From NCBI RefSeq assembly GCF_001194135.2, contig NC_068997.1:50232685-50296684 (forward strand): a DNA stretch of 64,000 bases, read 5' to 3'. The translations under genes and the position numbers were made by a program. Source of the stretch: Octopus bimaculoides. Its lineage: Eukaryota. Below, piece by piece: positions 26,681 to 39,496 of the stretch (position 1 is the first letter of the stretch; the number at the start of each line of letters is the position of its first letter). The notes beneath the pieces are model-generated. The model was not told where the DNA came from, made no database searches, and was given only the letters and a program-made list of their open reading frames with translations.

Positions 26681-27677
26681 TTGCTCTCTCTCTCTTTCTG
26701 AACCACTAAGTTATTCGAATGTAATCAAACTAATCCTTGTTGTGAAGTGGTGGTGGGTTTGACAAATACAGGCATAAAAGAAACACACACAATGGGCTTC
26801 CATACTGTTTCCATCTCCCAAATTTACTCACAAGGTACAGGCCAGGGTTAAAGTAGAAGTCCCTTGTCCACAGTGCCACACTTTGGGATTGAAACTAGCA
26901 GAGCAAGCATCCTAATCACACAGCCAACCTAAAACCAAAAACATAAATCAGCCATCCAACAAACAGCAGGAAGAGAAGCCTCATCTGGTTCAGTTCATCA
27001 AATAACATGATTGCAAATATGTGGTTGGCGACGTGTGTGCTTTAATTGTCCTCAGGAGGACACAGTGATGAAGATACACCATGTGTACACACCCACATCA
27101 ATGATAGGTTTTAAGCCATAGGCTGTGGTGGAGAGGGATGCAAGGAACCAATATTTTGGTGTGGGTTGATAACAACAGTATAGTACAAAATATATTCTTA
27201 GACTGTTGACATTTTTATTTTTATTAATTAATTAATTTCTTCCTCCACCCCAACCCCCCAACCCCTATCCCATCCCATTTCTATGGGAATTATTTTATTC
27301 TATTTTATTTATTTATCTATTTTTCGCTTGTTTCATGATGATTAAATTTCAATACTTGCAACCTCATTTAACTCTGCGTCTGTACACAATCACGCTCGTC
27401 TGAAATACATGTGTACACACACACACACACTCACACAAGTAGGCACGCGCATACACATACACACATACATATAGAGAGACAGACACTTGTCCACACATAC
27501 ATGCACACACGCATACATACATAATCATACTCACACACACACACACATACATTTCCAGTGTGGCAGTCATGGTTGAATAATGGGATTTTTCAACAACACC
27601 CTGCAATGTTATTGAGGGGTCTACCTTGAATTTGTATGTTTCTGTTTATTTATTACTCCCTTCAGTAATCTGAAAAT

Positions 27678-27736
<59 letters not shown>

Positions 27737-28276
27737 GTCTTTCCTTCTATACATGTTTCTCTCTCTCTCTCTCTCTCTCTCTCCCTGTATGTCTTTCCTT
27801 CTATACATGTTTCTCTCTCTCTCTATATATATATATGTGTCTCACCTTCTCTACATGTTTCTCTTNNNNNNNNNNTGTCTTTCCTTCTATACATGTTTCT
27901 CTCTCTCTCTCTCTCTCTCTCTCCCTGTATGTCTTTCCTTCTATACATGTTTCTCTCTCTCTCTATATATATATATGTGTCTCACCTTCTCTACATGTTT
28001 CTCTTTCTCCCCCTCTCTCTCTCTCTCTCTCTCCCTCTCTCTCTCTCTCTCCCTCTCTCTCTTACTTCCCTTTCTTTCTCTCTCCTCATCTCTGTGACTT
28101 TCAGCAAATCGATTCCTGGCCATTGTTGTTCCCTATCGTTCACATAAATTCTGAAGTGTGCACTGTCTGAAGTCAGCCATGTTGTCCGATTTGAATGTTA
28201 TTCTCAAGTACATATGATTATATTGATTATGAAACTGACTACTAATTCACTACGGAAGCAATTGTTGTTGTTGCTG

Positions 28277-28326
<50 letters not shown>

Positions 28327-28536
28327 AATGGTTGTTGTTATTAATGGTTGTTATTTTTTTTTCTTTTACTTTATTATTTATTTGTTTGTTTAATTGTTTA
28401 GTTCACCCAAACGGGCTCTTCAGCTTTTATGTAATTGTGTGTATGATTATGCATATCTGTGCATGTGTATAGTAATGTGTATATGAATATGTATGTATGT
28501 ATGTATGTATGTATATGAATTTGTGTGTGTGTGTGT

Positions 28537-28579
<43 letters not shown>

Positions 28580-30744
28580 NNNNNNNNNNNNNNNNNNNNN
28601 NNNNNNNNNNNNNNNNNNNNNNNNNNNNNNNNNNNNNNNNNNNNNNNNNNNNNNNNNNNNNNNNNNNNNNNNNNNNNNNNNNNNNNNNNNNNNNNNNNNN
28701 NNNNNNNNNNNNNNNNNNNNNNNNNNNNNNNNNNNNNNNNNNNNNNNNNNNNNNNNNNNNNNNNNNNNNNNNNNNNNNNNNNNNNNNNNNNNNNNNNNNN
28801 CCCTAGCCAGATTATATCTGTTCGATATTTACAAGTTACAGTTATATATCTTCAAAAGAATTTGTTTATTTAAAATTATACCAAATATTGATTTTTTGTT
28901 TTCACTTCGACACAAGGCCAATTGGCCGATTTTCATATTTCTGGTATATGGTTTTATCGATGCCGACTCTCTCTCCAACTTGAGGTGAAATTGCTGTGCG
29001 AATAAGACATTTGACTACCAGCTCATAGGCTTCATGTTCAAATCCACTTTTTGTAATGTCTCTTCGGCGGGGTACTTTGTTCTATTTTGCCTCGTTTCAG
29101 TTAACTGTGGGATATTAAATGTAGAAGAGATCATCTAAGTGTGCTGTTTAAATGAAGGTTTGTCTGTCATTTAGCACCATAAAACCGAATCAATAACTCT
29201 GAACTTTTCATCTTCTTCCATCTCCTTGAGTATCTTAAAGACATTTATATTGTAACTGTGCGCAATTTCAATTCATTTATTTTACATCCATTTTTCTATG
29301 CCAGCATAGGTTAGGTGGATACTTATTCAAGACAGTATTTATTTATGGCTGAACACTCTATTTATCACCAGTCCTTGTTTTTTAAGTGATGGATTTTTTA
29401 TTATTATTATTATTCCATTACACTTTGAAATCACTGAGTTGCAGTTTGTGATGCTCACTGGGAATGTAAATGTTTTTTTTTTGGGGGGGGGGGTTCTATT
29501 TTGAACAGTTTTTAAGGAGAACATAAAATCAGAAAATAACATCCTTGTCTTTCCCAAATAGCAGTAGGGGTGTGATTTAAATTAAGAGGCTCTAACTGAG
29601 AATTAAAGCCGGGTCATGGTATTTGTTGATTGAGAGTTCCTAATGTTCCACGCAATATGAAACCCCTACATGTCCCTCAAATAATGATTACAATCTTTCT
29701 CTGTATGTTCCGTCTAAAATGTAACAATATTCCATGTTTGTTGGGTGTATGAAAATTAGAAATATTTCTTTTCCCCTCTGCACTGTTTTCTTCATATATT
29801 TACAATGTGTGTGCTTATATACATATACATAGGTTGCCCAGACATGTAACAGAAACCAGAGAAAACAAATTTAATGTTTATATTTACTCACCTACCCCAC
29901 CACAGCATAACTAATACACATTAACAAATATGTGTCTGCATGTACATATATGGGGCAACCCATCCCAGCATGGAAAACAGACGCTAAATGATGGTGATTA
30001 GATACTCACATACAGAAAGTGTATATATGTACAAGCATGTGTTTGTGTGTGATTGCGTGTTTTAGTGGTTTCAATGAAAGTACACAGGACATAATAGTGT
30101 AAACAGGCATTGTTTAGTTCTTGACTTTCAGCCTACAACAGCTGGACGAAATGTTCACAAGAGCAGTCACCAAAGTGATGTAATTGGAAAAAGATCCCAG
30201 TGATAGCCTACTACTTGACAAAGCTCCAAACTTTTTTCTATTATTAGAATAAAATCCTTCAGCACCGTAAGTAACTGGACTCCATCTCCTCAATTAGTCA
30301 AAGATCAGGAGGAACACGATTCCATCTAGAGATTGTATCAAGTTTACAAACCTCTTCGTTTTTTGCGGAGGTTCGCCTCATTTTTCAATGACTAAACCAC
30401 CATCACTTCCATCATCACAATAAATAATACAACCAAACCAATTGTATGACTATTTCATTCATTTCAGACACACATACATACATACATATGTGTACACACA
30501 CACACACGCACACATTCACACAGCATTCGTATTAACTTTGACTCAGTGTAAACCATCTCCTGTAACCAATCCACTCCCTGTATGTTTATTTAAAAGAAAC
30601 ACTCATCCTGCTTTACCACCTCACCATAACTACCCCAGCTATATATTCTACATTAACAGTTGTGGGGATATCTTTGTTGGGAGTCCGTTCAGTCCATTAC
30701 TCCCGATACACATCAAACCAAACAGGACTGGCAAAGAAAAGCTT

Positions 30745-31110
30745 TCTCTAGTTGACAGTCCCTTCCTCTTAAGTTATCTGCTCTCACCATCCGTCTTCCT
30801 TTACCGTTTCTGAGAGGGCCACAGGGTACGGTCCTTATGTACCTCTTCCATAGGGTGCTCTCAGAAGCGACCATCTTTACTCTTTCCTGTTGGATTCCCA
30901 AGTGTGACCAACTTGAGGCTATCGATATTATCCAGCTATCTTGTTTTTGGTTTATCTGTTGGTCTCCTGCCAGTTGGCTCAGCTTGAAGAATCCATCATG
31001 CAATTTTTTCCTGCGACATTCTATTCACATGTCCATAGCGCCAGAGCTGTGACCTCTCAATGTAGAGAGGTCGTGGCTTGACATGGAGACGCTCCACCAT
31101 GTAGCATTAC
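30745..31110 (-). mobile_element. RTE (Expander-like) LINE, 3' end of the ORF
   Basis: Minus strand ERLHVKPRPLYIERSQLWRYGHVNRMSQEKIA*WILQAEPTGRRPTDKPKTR*LDNI, then after a frameshift WSHLGIQQERVKMVASESTLWKR. This fits the RTE C-terminal pattern LRW(F/Y)GHV.RM...GxRPxGRP..RW. Confidence 0.88.
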
Positions 31111-32353
31111 TCCCTAGATTCTTCTAAGCCTACCTAACATGTCATCTTGCTTACTCAAGATAATCTTAGTTATTTCAATGTTCCTAATACTTCCATGATC
31201 CCCCACTTTATACACAAATATCTTTTTTGCAATTATGTCGCTGACTCCTTTTTTTAACATACTCCCTAAACAAACCCTTGACTTTCTACTTGACTCCAGT
31301 ACAAAAATCAACATTTGTGCATTTACCTTTACCCTCAATCGAACACTATTAGTTAGCTATTGTAGTTGCATATTTACTGAAGCTTTATCTCTTCCTCAAA
31401 CAGGCATGAATTGTTTCATTAATGTTGACCTTTGTTATATTGTCCAATGAGTGTGGGAGGAGAAGGACAGATAATTTATTGACAAGAAGACATATCTATG
31501 ATATTTATATCAAGAAAACTGACATTGTCACACCCACGTTTGTCACAGAACAATTAAAGATTAAAATTTCTCTGCCGCAAGCATGGCTGTGTGCCAAAGA
31601 ATTTTGCTTCCCAACCACATAGTTCTGGGTTCAGTCTCACCGCGTGACACTCAGGGCATCTTCTACTATAGCCTCAGGCTGACCAAAGTCATGTGAGTTG
31701 ATTTGGTAGATGGAAACTGAAAGAAGCCTGTCATGTGTGTTTGTCTCTCAGCACCACATGACAACCAGTGTTGGTGTGTTTACATGCTTATAACTTAGCA
31801 GTTTGGCAAAAGTGACCAATAAAATAAGTATCAGGCTTTGCTAAAAAGTTATAAGTACTGGTGTCAATTCGCTCAACTAAAATTGTTCAAGGTGATGCCC
31901 CAGCATGGCCAGTCTAGTGACTGAAACAAATAAGTTAAAAGATAAACAATACATTATGGTCCACTGCTTCAAGCAGTTTTTGTTTCAAACACCCTTGTCT
32001 TCCCAGAATTGCTAGAATAGACTTCAAACGGAACCAACAAAAAATAACAAACACTCACCAGTTTTTTTACTTTATATGCTTCTATTCTCATGTTCTAAGA
32101 GGATACATCCTAGCACTTCCGAAAGAAGTATAATACGCTCTCATAACATTCTGCCTCTCCTACATAAACCGTAACAAATTAGGCTTTTCAGAATTTCCTG
32201 GCTAAATCTCTCTCATATACACAACCATTTTTGTATGCATGCATGTGTGTATGTATATGCATTGCTCTCAGCACTTTTTACAGATCACATGAACTGCAGT
32301 TCTGTAGGTTTTCCACTGTTACAAATAAACTATATGTGTATATATATATATAT

Positions 32354-32448
<95 letters not shown>

Positions 32449-34606
32449 ATTTCTGGGACCCAAATTATATAGTCATGCTTGTAATGTCTAGAGTTAATTA
32501 CTGAATCTCTCACATTGTGCTGTAGTACATGAGCCAACATGGCCGCTTCTATAATTGCTGAGGAACTGACAGCTATAAATATATGTGTTAATGAAGATTT
32601 CAATAATTCAATTGGCTTTTATTAGCCATTAGTTATTATTATTATCCTCAGTCTCATCCTCATTATTATTATTATTATTTGTTTTTAGGAGTCACAATTG
32701 AATTTCTATTCATTAATGTTTTAAAGTAATTTTTTATATTTTTCTCAAATTTTTTTTTTTCATTTAATTATATTCATTTGTAGCAGTCTTGAACTTTTCT
32801 TTTCTTTTTTTTTCTTTCTTTTTTTGGTGTTTTAATTTTATGTTGTTGCAACTATTGCTGTGTTAATGAGACTCTGCTTGCAAAACAATATTCAATCACT
32901 ATTTAAATGACTCTCTAATGACAGAAAAAGTGGTAAAGCATTTTGTAAAACAGCAGGGTTGCACATAGACAAGTAATAGGGATTCTACTCTTTTAAGTGC
33001 ATTAGGAGTGGTATGCCCAGTAAGCCTAACTTCACAAAAGACAAAAAAAAAAAAAAAAGAAAACCTACATTTCAATCAATAAAAATGATCAAGTGAGTAT
33101 TGTAATGTTGATAATCATCACCATTATCATTTAACATCCATTTTCAATGCTGGCATGAAATGGATAGGTTGGCTGTTTGCAGGACTGCATCAAGCTCCAT
33201 ACCAGTTTTGGCATAGTATCTGTGGCTGGATGCCTTTTCTAATGCCAACCCTTTTGCAGAATGTACTGGATGCCTTTTTCATGACACCAATGCCAGAAAG
33301 GTCACTGAGTAACCTGCAGAGCAAGAAGAGAAAGGGGTCACTCAACTGAGTGGAAGTATATTTGAAAGAGGTTTAGGTGGCATTATCCAGGTGTTGACAG
33401 GCTAAAATATGATAGTTAGACAAGCACAGATGTCTTGTTATAGAGGAAATACAGGGTTACTCTGTGGTATATATGTATATATATATATTTTATTTGTTTC
33501 AGTTATTTGACTGCGGTCATGCTGGAGCACCACCTTTAGTCAAACACATCAACCCCAGGACTTATTCTTTGTAAGCCTAGTACTTATTCTATCAGGTTCT
33601 TTTGCCAAAACACTAAGTTATGGGGACTTAAACACACACACACATATATATTTATATACGACGGGCTTCTTTCAGTTTCCATCTACCAAATCCACTCACA
33701 AGGCTTTGGTCGGCCTGAGGCTATAGTAGAAGACACTTGCCCAAGATGCTACGCAGTGGGACTGAACCCTGGACCATGTGGTTGGTAAGCAAGCTACTTA
33801 CCACACAGCCATATTTATGGGTTGGTGAGAGTAGCTGGAAAGAGAATAAAGATAGTAGTGATGAGCTGTCAGAGCATACTGTCAAGGCACAAGAAGATGA
33901 GAATAAGGGAATTCGGATGATGGATCATGGATCGGACTGGTAGTGTTTCTAAGAACATAAGAAGAGAACGATGACAACAACGGTGCCATTGCCACTATTG
34001 TATTCCTCTCTTTTGTAGCTACTGGTTGTATTTGAGGAGATTTATGACACCGTTTGAAACTAGATATAATGAACCAGACGGCTGAAAGAGAAGAATGCTT
34101 TCTGCTCAGAAATAGAAACCGTTCCTTCTTGATTGTTGGGCTGGAAGCAAGCAACCAATGTGAAGTGGGAGAACCGACTCAGAATCTGCAGGTACTGGAA
34201 CTGGGTTTAGGTTTAGACGAGGAAATATAAACTGCAAATAAATATATGGGGATTTAAGAAGAAAAAAAATAAAACAAAGAGAACATGATAAAGATCTCAC
34301 AGATTTCTCAAACTATAATTGTACAAAAGGATTCCAAATAGTTACAGGTGTGGCTGGGCTGTGGCTCAGAAGTTTGCTTCTCCACCAATTGGTTTTGGGT
34401 TCAGTTCTACTGTGTGGTATGTTGAACAAGTGTCTTCTACTACAGTTTCAGGCTAACCAAAGCTTTGTGAGTAGATTTGTTTGGTGGAAGCTACAAGAAA
34501 CTTGTGTGTGTGTAATTGTTAAAGAGGACAACAAACGTTAAGGCAAGGCAAACATCTCAAGTCATGTACATTATTATCATTATTATTATTGGAAAAAAGA
34601 TTCAAA

Positions 34607-34662
34607 GTCTTACGGCTGTTTCTGGGATATCTCAAAGTATGGGATATTCCATCATCAGAGAC
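34607..34662 (-). ncRNA. Minimal type I hammerhead ribozyme motif (Penelope/retrozyme type)
   Basis: GUCU-CUGAUGA-UGGAAUAUC[CCAUACUUUGA]GAUAUCCCA-GAAA-C[AGCC]G-UA-AGAC. All conserved core nucleotides are present, stem I is 4 bp, stem II is 8/9 bp, and the cleavage triplet is GUA. Confidence 0.75.
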
Positions 34663-34968
34663 AAATAGGGAAAATGAGAAAGGTGTAGATTAATGAAATG
34701 ACAACACAGAGGACAGGAGATGAAGAAAGGGAAGAAAAAAGAAGCATAAAAGTTCACAGTTCAATTTTCCGATCTTGTAGAAATAAGTCCTTAGGTGCAA
34801 TCCTTCATAAATCCATGTAGGTTAAAGTTCTGATCGTGTAAATATCCAGGAAAAAGACGCTAACATACCAATGTTCAATAACAGAATGGTAACAGAGGTG
34901 GCTATTAAGTGGTAAAAAGAAAGAATATATATTTGAGTGTGTATATGTATACACATGTATGTATCCGT

Positions 34969-35048
<80 letters not shown>

Positions 35049-35154
35049 GTGTNNNNNNNNNNNNNNNNNNNNNNNNNNNNNNNNNNNNNNNNNNNNNNNN
35101 NNNNNNNNNNNNNNNNNNNNNNNNNNNNNNNNNNNNNNNNNNNNNNNNNNNNNN

Positions 35155-35203
<49 letters not shown>

Positions 35204-36159
35204 GTGTGTATGTGTCTCTCTGCCTTGACATCACATGGTTGTTATTCCAATATTCTGCAAAAACATTGTCTGATCATTGGGGAATATAACCTTGCTTGGA
35301 AACAGGTAAGGGTTGGTGGCAGGAAGGGCATTCAGCTGTAGAAAATCAGCCTTGATAAACTCCTTCCGAACAATGCAAGCTTGGGAAAATTGAACATAAA
35401 CCGACTGCAACCTCTAGGTCATTGGTTTTCAGTATCATACCAGAGTATGAGAAGTAAATGAGATGATTTTGAGGAGCAATAAGTAACATGCTGTTAGTAT
35501 GAGACAATACACTCTCACATTCTCTCAAACCGTCATGATAAGAATTTAGTCAACAGTGAAGCGGTAATTAAATGTTCTAACATTACATCAAGTTAATTAA
35601 TTTGGCCAGCTTGCTGAACTTAAAAGTTGTAATTGAATTTTGAATAAATAATGACTAATTACTGCTGTGGAAATTTGTGTTATTGTCTTCCATAGTGTTG
35701 CACAAACAGCTATCTGCATGCATCATTTGAACTCAATAGATTTGTAGTGGTGAGCATGTGGTTTTCTCTTTCAAAAAGAAAACGTAGTCGGTGATGATGA
35801 TGGTGATGATGATGATGGTGATGATGATGATTTATAAGATTGGTAGACACCAGTTTGTTGAGCATAAAACCCAGTTATGTGAACAAATGCCGACAGTCCC
35901 ATTCATTACTTGGCGAAAATGTGACACAGAGAAAGATAGAGGCTTTTATATACACCAGTTTGTAAATAATAACAATAGGGTTAGTATAGGAGGATGAAGT
36001 GGAAGGAAAATGAAGAGAGAAAGAGAGCTTGAGAGGGGGGTGAAGAACAAAAAGAATGCTTTCTGGGCTGCACATCACACAAAACATATAATGTCAGTAA
36101 CAACAACAATGATAATAACAGTAGTAATAATAGGGAAAAAAGTGAACAGTGAAATTAAT

Positions 36160-36640
36160 GGTGGCCTATGCCAGTGCTGTATAACCAGCCCATTTAAGAG
36201 TCCCCTTCAATCATTGGACAATAAACTACACTTACGAAGACCTGTTGAGGCAAGTGAAATCGCTGTTGTGGCCGATGACAGTACCACCTAATTGGCACCC
36301 GTGCCAGTAGAATGTTTAAAGCACCATTCGAGCGTGATCATTGTCAGGGTCGCTGACTGGCTCCCATGTCGGTGGCACGTAAAAGCACCATTCAAGTGTG
36401 GTCGTTGCCAGTGCCGCTGGACTGGCTCCTGTGCAGGTGGCACGTAAAAAGCACCATTTGAGCATGGCCGTTGCCAGTACCGCCTGACTGGCCCTCGTGC
36501 CGGTGGCACGTAAAAGCACTCGCTACACTCTCCGAGTGGTTGGCGTTAGGAAGGGCATCCAGCTGTAGAAATGTTGTCAGATCAGATTGGAGCCTGGTGC
36601 AGCCTTCTGGCTCACCAGCCCTCAGTCAAACCGTCCAACC
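36160..36640 (+). mobile_element. RTE-type 3'UTR with about 65-nt tandem modules and the common tail
   Basis: Three to four repeats of ccagt..gactgg..gtgc.ggtggcacgtaaaagcacc, then gttggcgttaggaagggcatccagctgtag. Relatives at 48517-48730, 61160-61390 and 63680-64000 (-). Confidence 0.8.
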
Positions 36641-36814
36641 CAATTGTTTTTATATCTAAGCTTAACATTAAAAACAAGCATTAATATTTGCATGCTATTA
36701 TCTGTCACTTTGTGAACTTCAAGAATCATTCTAAAAAAGAATTATTTCCTGTTATCTCAAAAGTTTATGTCTTATGACATCAACAACATATATATATGTA
36801 TGTGTGTGTATGTA

Positions 36815-37275
36815 TGTGTGCAAACCTATTGAGAGAAAAGTTGAACATAAGAGGAATCAAATGCAGCATGCAAGAGAGAAGACTACATTGGTTTGGACAT
36901 GTGATGCGTATGAATGAAGATCACCTCTTCCAATGCTCCCCACTCCAAGTTTTTTTTTGGGGGGGGCTTGCAAGTACTTGGTGACCCTATCAGTGCAGGT
37001 GCCACTTAAAAGCACCCGGTCCACACTGAAAATGGTTGGTGTTCAGAAGGGTATCCAGCTGTAAAAACCTTGCCAAAACTGACCTCGCCTGTGCTTGTGC
37101 CACGTAAGAAGCATCAAGTCCACTCAGCTGAGTGGTTAGGGTTAGGAAAGATATCCAGCTGTAAAAATCCTACCAAAGCAGTTACAGAAGTCTGGTGCAG
37201 GCTTTGGCCGGCTCTTGTCAAACTGTCCCACCCATGCTAGCATGGAAGGCGAACATTAAACGATGATGATGATGA
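36815..37275 (+). mobile_element. RTE ORF C-terminal fragment fused to an RTE-type tail
   Basis: LREKLNIRGIKCSMQERRLHWFGHVMRMNEDH, followed by tail modules and (GAT)n. Confidence 0.8.
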
Positions 37276-37575
37276 TATATATAACTCCTTTGTCTTGTGA
37301 AAATTCTACCTACATCTTGATTTTTGTAATTGTCATTGTATTCCCTGTTTACACTAGATAATGGCCAAATGAGTTTTAAAGTTAATACAATGTTAATGCC
37401 AGTCATGACATTTGGTTGATAGCAGTCACAAATGTTTCCATCATAGTAAGAGAGAGAGGGGGGCAGCAGACATTATGAGTGTCATTAGATAAGAGTATTC
37501 AGTTCTCCACCAAATGAACTGATATAACAAATTATTTTTAGATCCTCGCTCAGGGTTCATTATACCTAGATTTAA

Positions 37576-37998
<423 letters not shown>

Positions 37999-39064
37999 TA
38001 AGTAAATGCTTTTCTTTATATATTTCTTCTTCTTCTTCGTGTGTGTGTGTGTTCTGCACAATTTGCTTTCAGAGTTAGTTTTTATCTCGTGTGATTCTTC
38101 TCTCATTTGCATAATTTTGGTATTTTACATCTGCTGGGTTATCCTACACATTTAGGTCACTGTGTATTTTAAGAATATTTCGTTAAATAGGTGCAGGTAT
38201 GGTTGTGTGTTTAAGAACTTTGCTTGCTTCCTGAATCATGTGGTCTTGGGTTCAGTTCCATCGTGCAGCACCTTGGGCAAATGTCTTCTACCAAAGCCTC
38301 AAGTCAACTAAAGGCTTGAGAGTTTATTTGATAGCTGGAAACTGACAGAAGCCCTGTTGTGCACACGGCGCAGAGTGTATGTGTGAATATGCATGCGTGT
38401 GTACCTTTGCCTAGACATCACATGATGGTTGTAAACGAGCATCATCATCATCATCATACAAGCAAATTTGTTCATTTCCAGTTCTTTTGCAAAAGAAGAT
38501 CTGGCTGTAAGAAAATATTACCTGGCTTGAAACAGGTGAGGCTCGGCAACAGGAAGCACATGCAACCATAGATAAATCTACCTCAACAATTTCTGTCTGA
38601 CCTACACAACCATGGAAAAACGGATATTAAATCATGCTGACGATGATGATGATCATCATCATGCATGTTGTATTTGATAGCATACATAATTACGTCACAC
38701 TTTTTTTTTATTTTAAATTATTAATAAATGTCACAATAATGAAGGTATGTTGTTGTTTTGTAAGTAGCAGTAAATGGAGTCAATAGAAGGGTTAATGTAG
38801 TGACTTGAAACTTTTACTAGTAAACTAGTGTAATTGTAACGTAGATAATGTCGCTCGTTATCAGATGTGAACTGTAAGTCGTTTAATAAAACAACAGCAG
38901 GATTTTAAACATAATAGTTGCAATTACCAGTTGTAGACTTTGAAAGGGTTAACTTGTCGAAAATAGAATGTAAACATACTGGATGACATATTAACACATG
39001 AAATTTAATCTCTTACTCCCACTGTCAAACACAATGTGTGTATGTGGGGGGAGGGGTAGATATG

Positions 39065-39112
<48 letters not shown>

Positions 39113-39114
39113 CC

Positions 39115-39336
39115 TTAACTCTTTAGCATCCAGATTATTCTGTCAAAAGTACTTCTTATTTATTCCCATTGTTTTCAGTTAATCATGAATTGTCTTGTAG
39201 CTTCAAGATTTTTGATGATGTGATTGTTTATTTTTAGAAGCACATTAGGAGTGATAGGCCAGATCTGGCCAGTTTGAAGATAAAACAGGCACAATATTTT
39301 GGGTGGATATGGCTCGTTTTAATGCTCAAAGTTTAA
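39115..39336. mobile_element. TTAA-flanked MITE of a second family (TTAACTCTTTAGCAT...ATGCTCAAAGTTTAA)
   Basis: Imperfect TIRs with TTAA ends. Partial relatives at about 9660-9810 and 59390-59500. Confidence 0.7.
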
Positions 39337-39413
39337 AATACCTGCTTAAAATAAAATTTTCATCCCCTGGAAATCATTTAAATTCTTTTGTTACAATATT
39401 CCTATTGACATGT

Positions 39414-39496
39414 GGAGGCGCAATGGCCCAGTGGTTAGGGCAGCGGACTCGCGGTCGTAGGATCGCGGTTTCGATTCCCAGACCGGGCGTTGTGAG
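39414..39496 (+). mobile_element. Isolated tRNA-like head of SINE family B
   Basis: About 93% identical (6 differences in 83 nt by eye) to the head of the full copy at 49168-49471. CpGs are intact. Confidence 0.85.

Noticed and set aside
27735-28005. Apparent ~130-bp tandem duplication around the 10-N gap (also the 36-bp duplication around 54194-54203)
   Set aside because: Duplicated sequence on both sides of a fixed 10-N gap is typical of unmerged contig ends or haplotypes, so it is most likely an artefact.
28398-28426. Minus-strand CUGAAGA-GCCC[GUUU]GGGU-GAAC motif
   Set aside because: Stem II is convincing, but one A of GAAA is missing and no stem I or stem III partner follows. At best it is a fragment.
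13900-30300. Isolated GTAAGT/GTAAGA donor-like and AP-1-like motifs (e.g. near 14020, 14090 minus, 26168, 30268) and an acceptor-like site at 20646 minus
   Set aside because: Such short motifs are expected every few kb in AT-rich DNA, and I found no matching partner site or coding signal.
39414-39496. tRNA gene
   Set aside because: I could not build a proper acceptor or anticodon stem, and it matches a SINE head. No true tRNA or rRNA genes were seen in the window.
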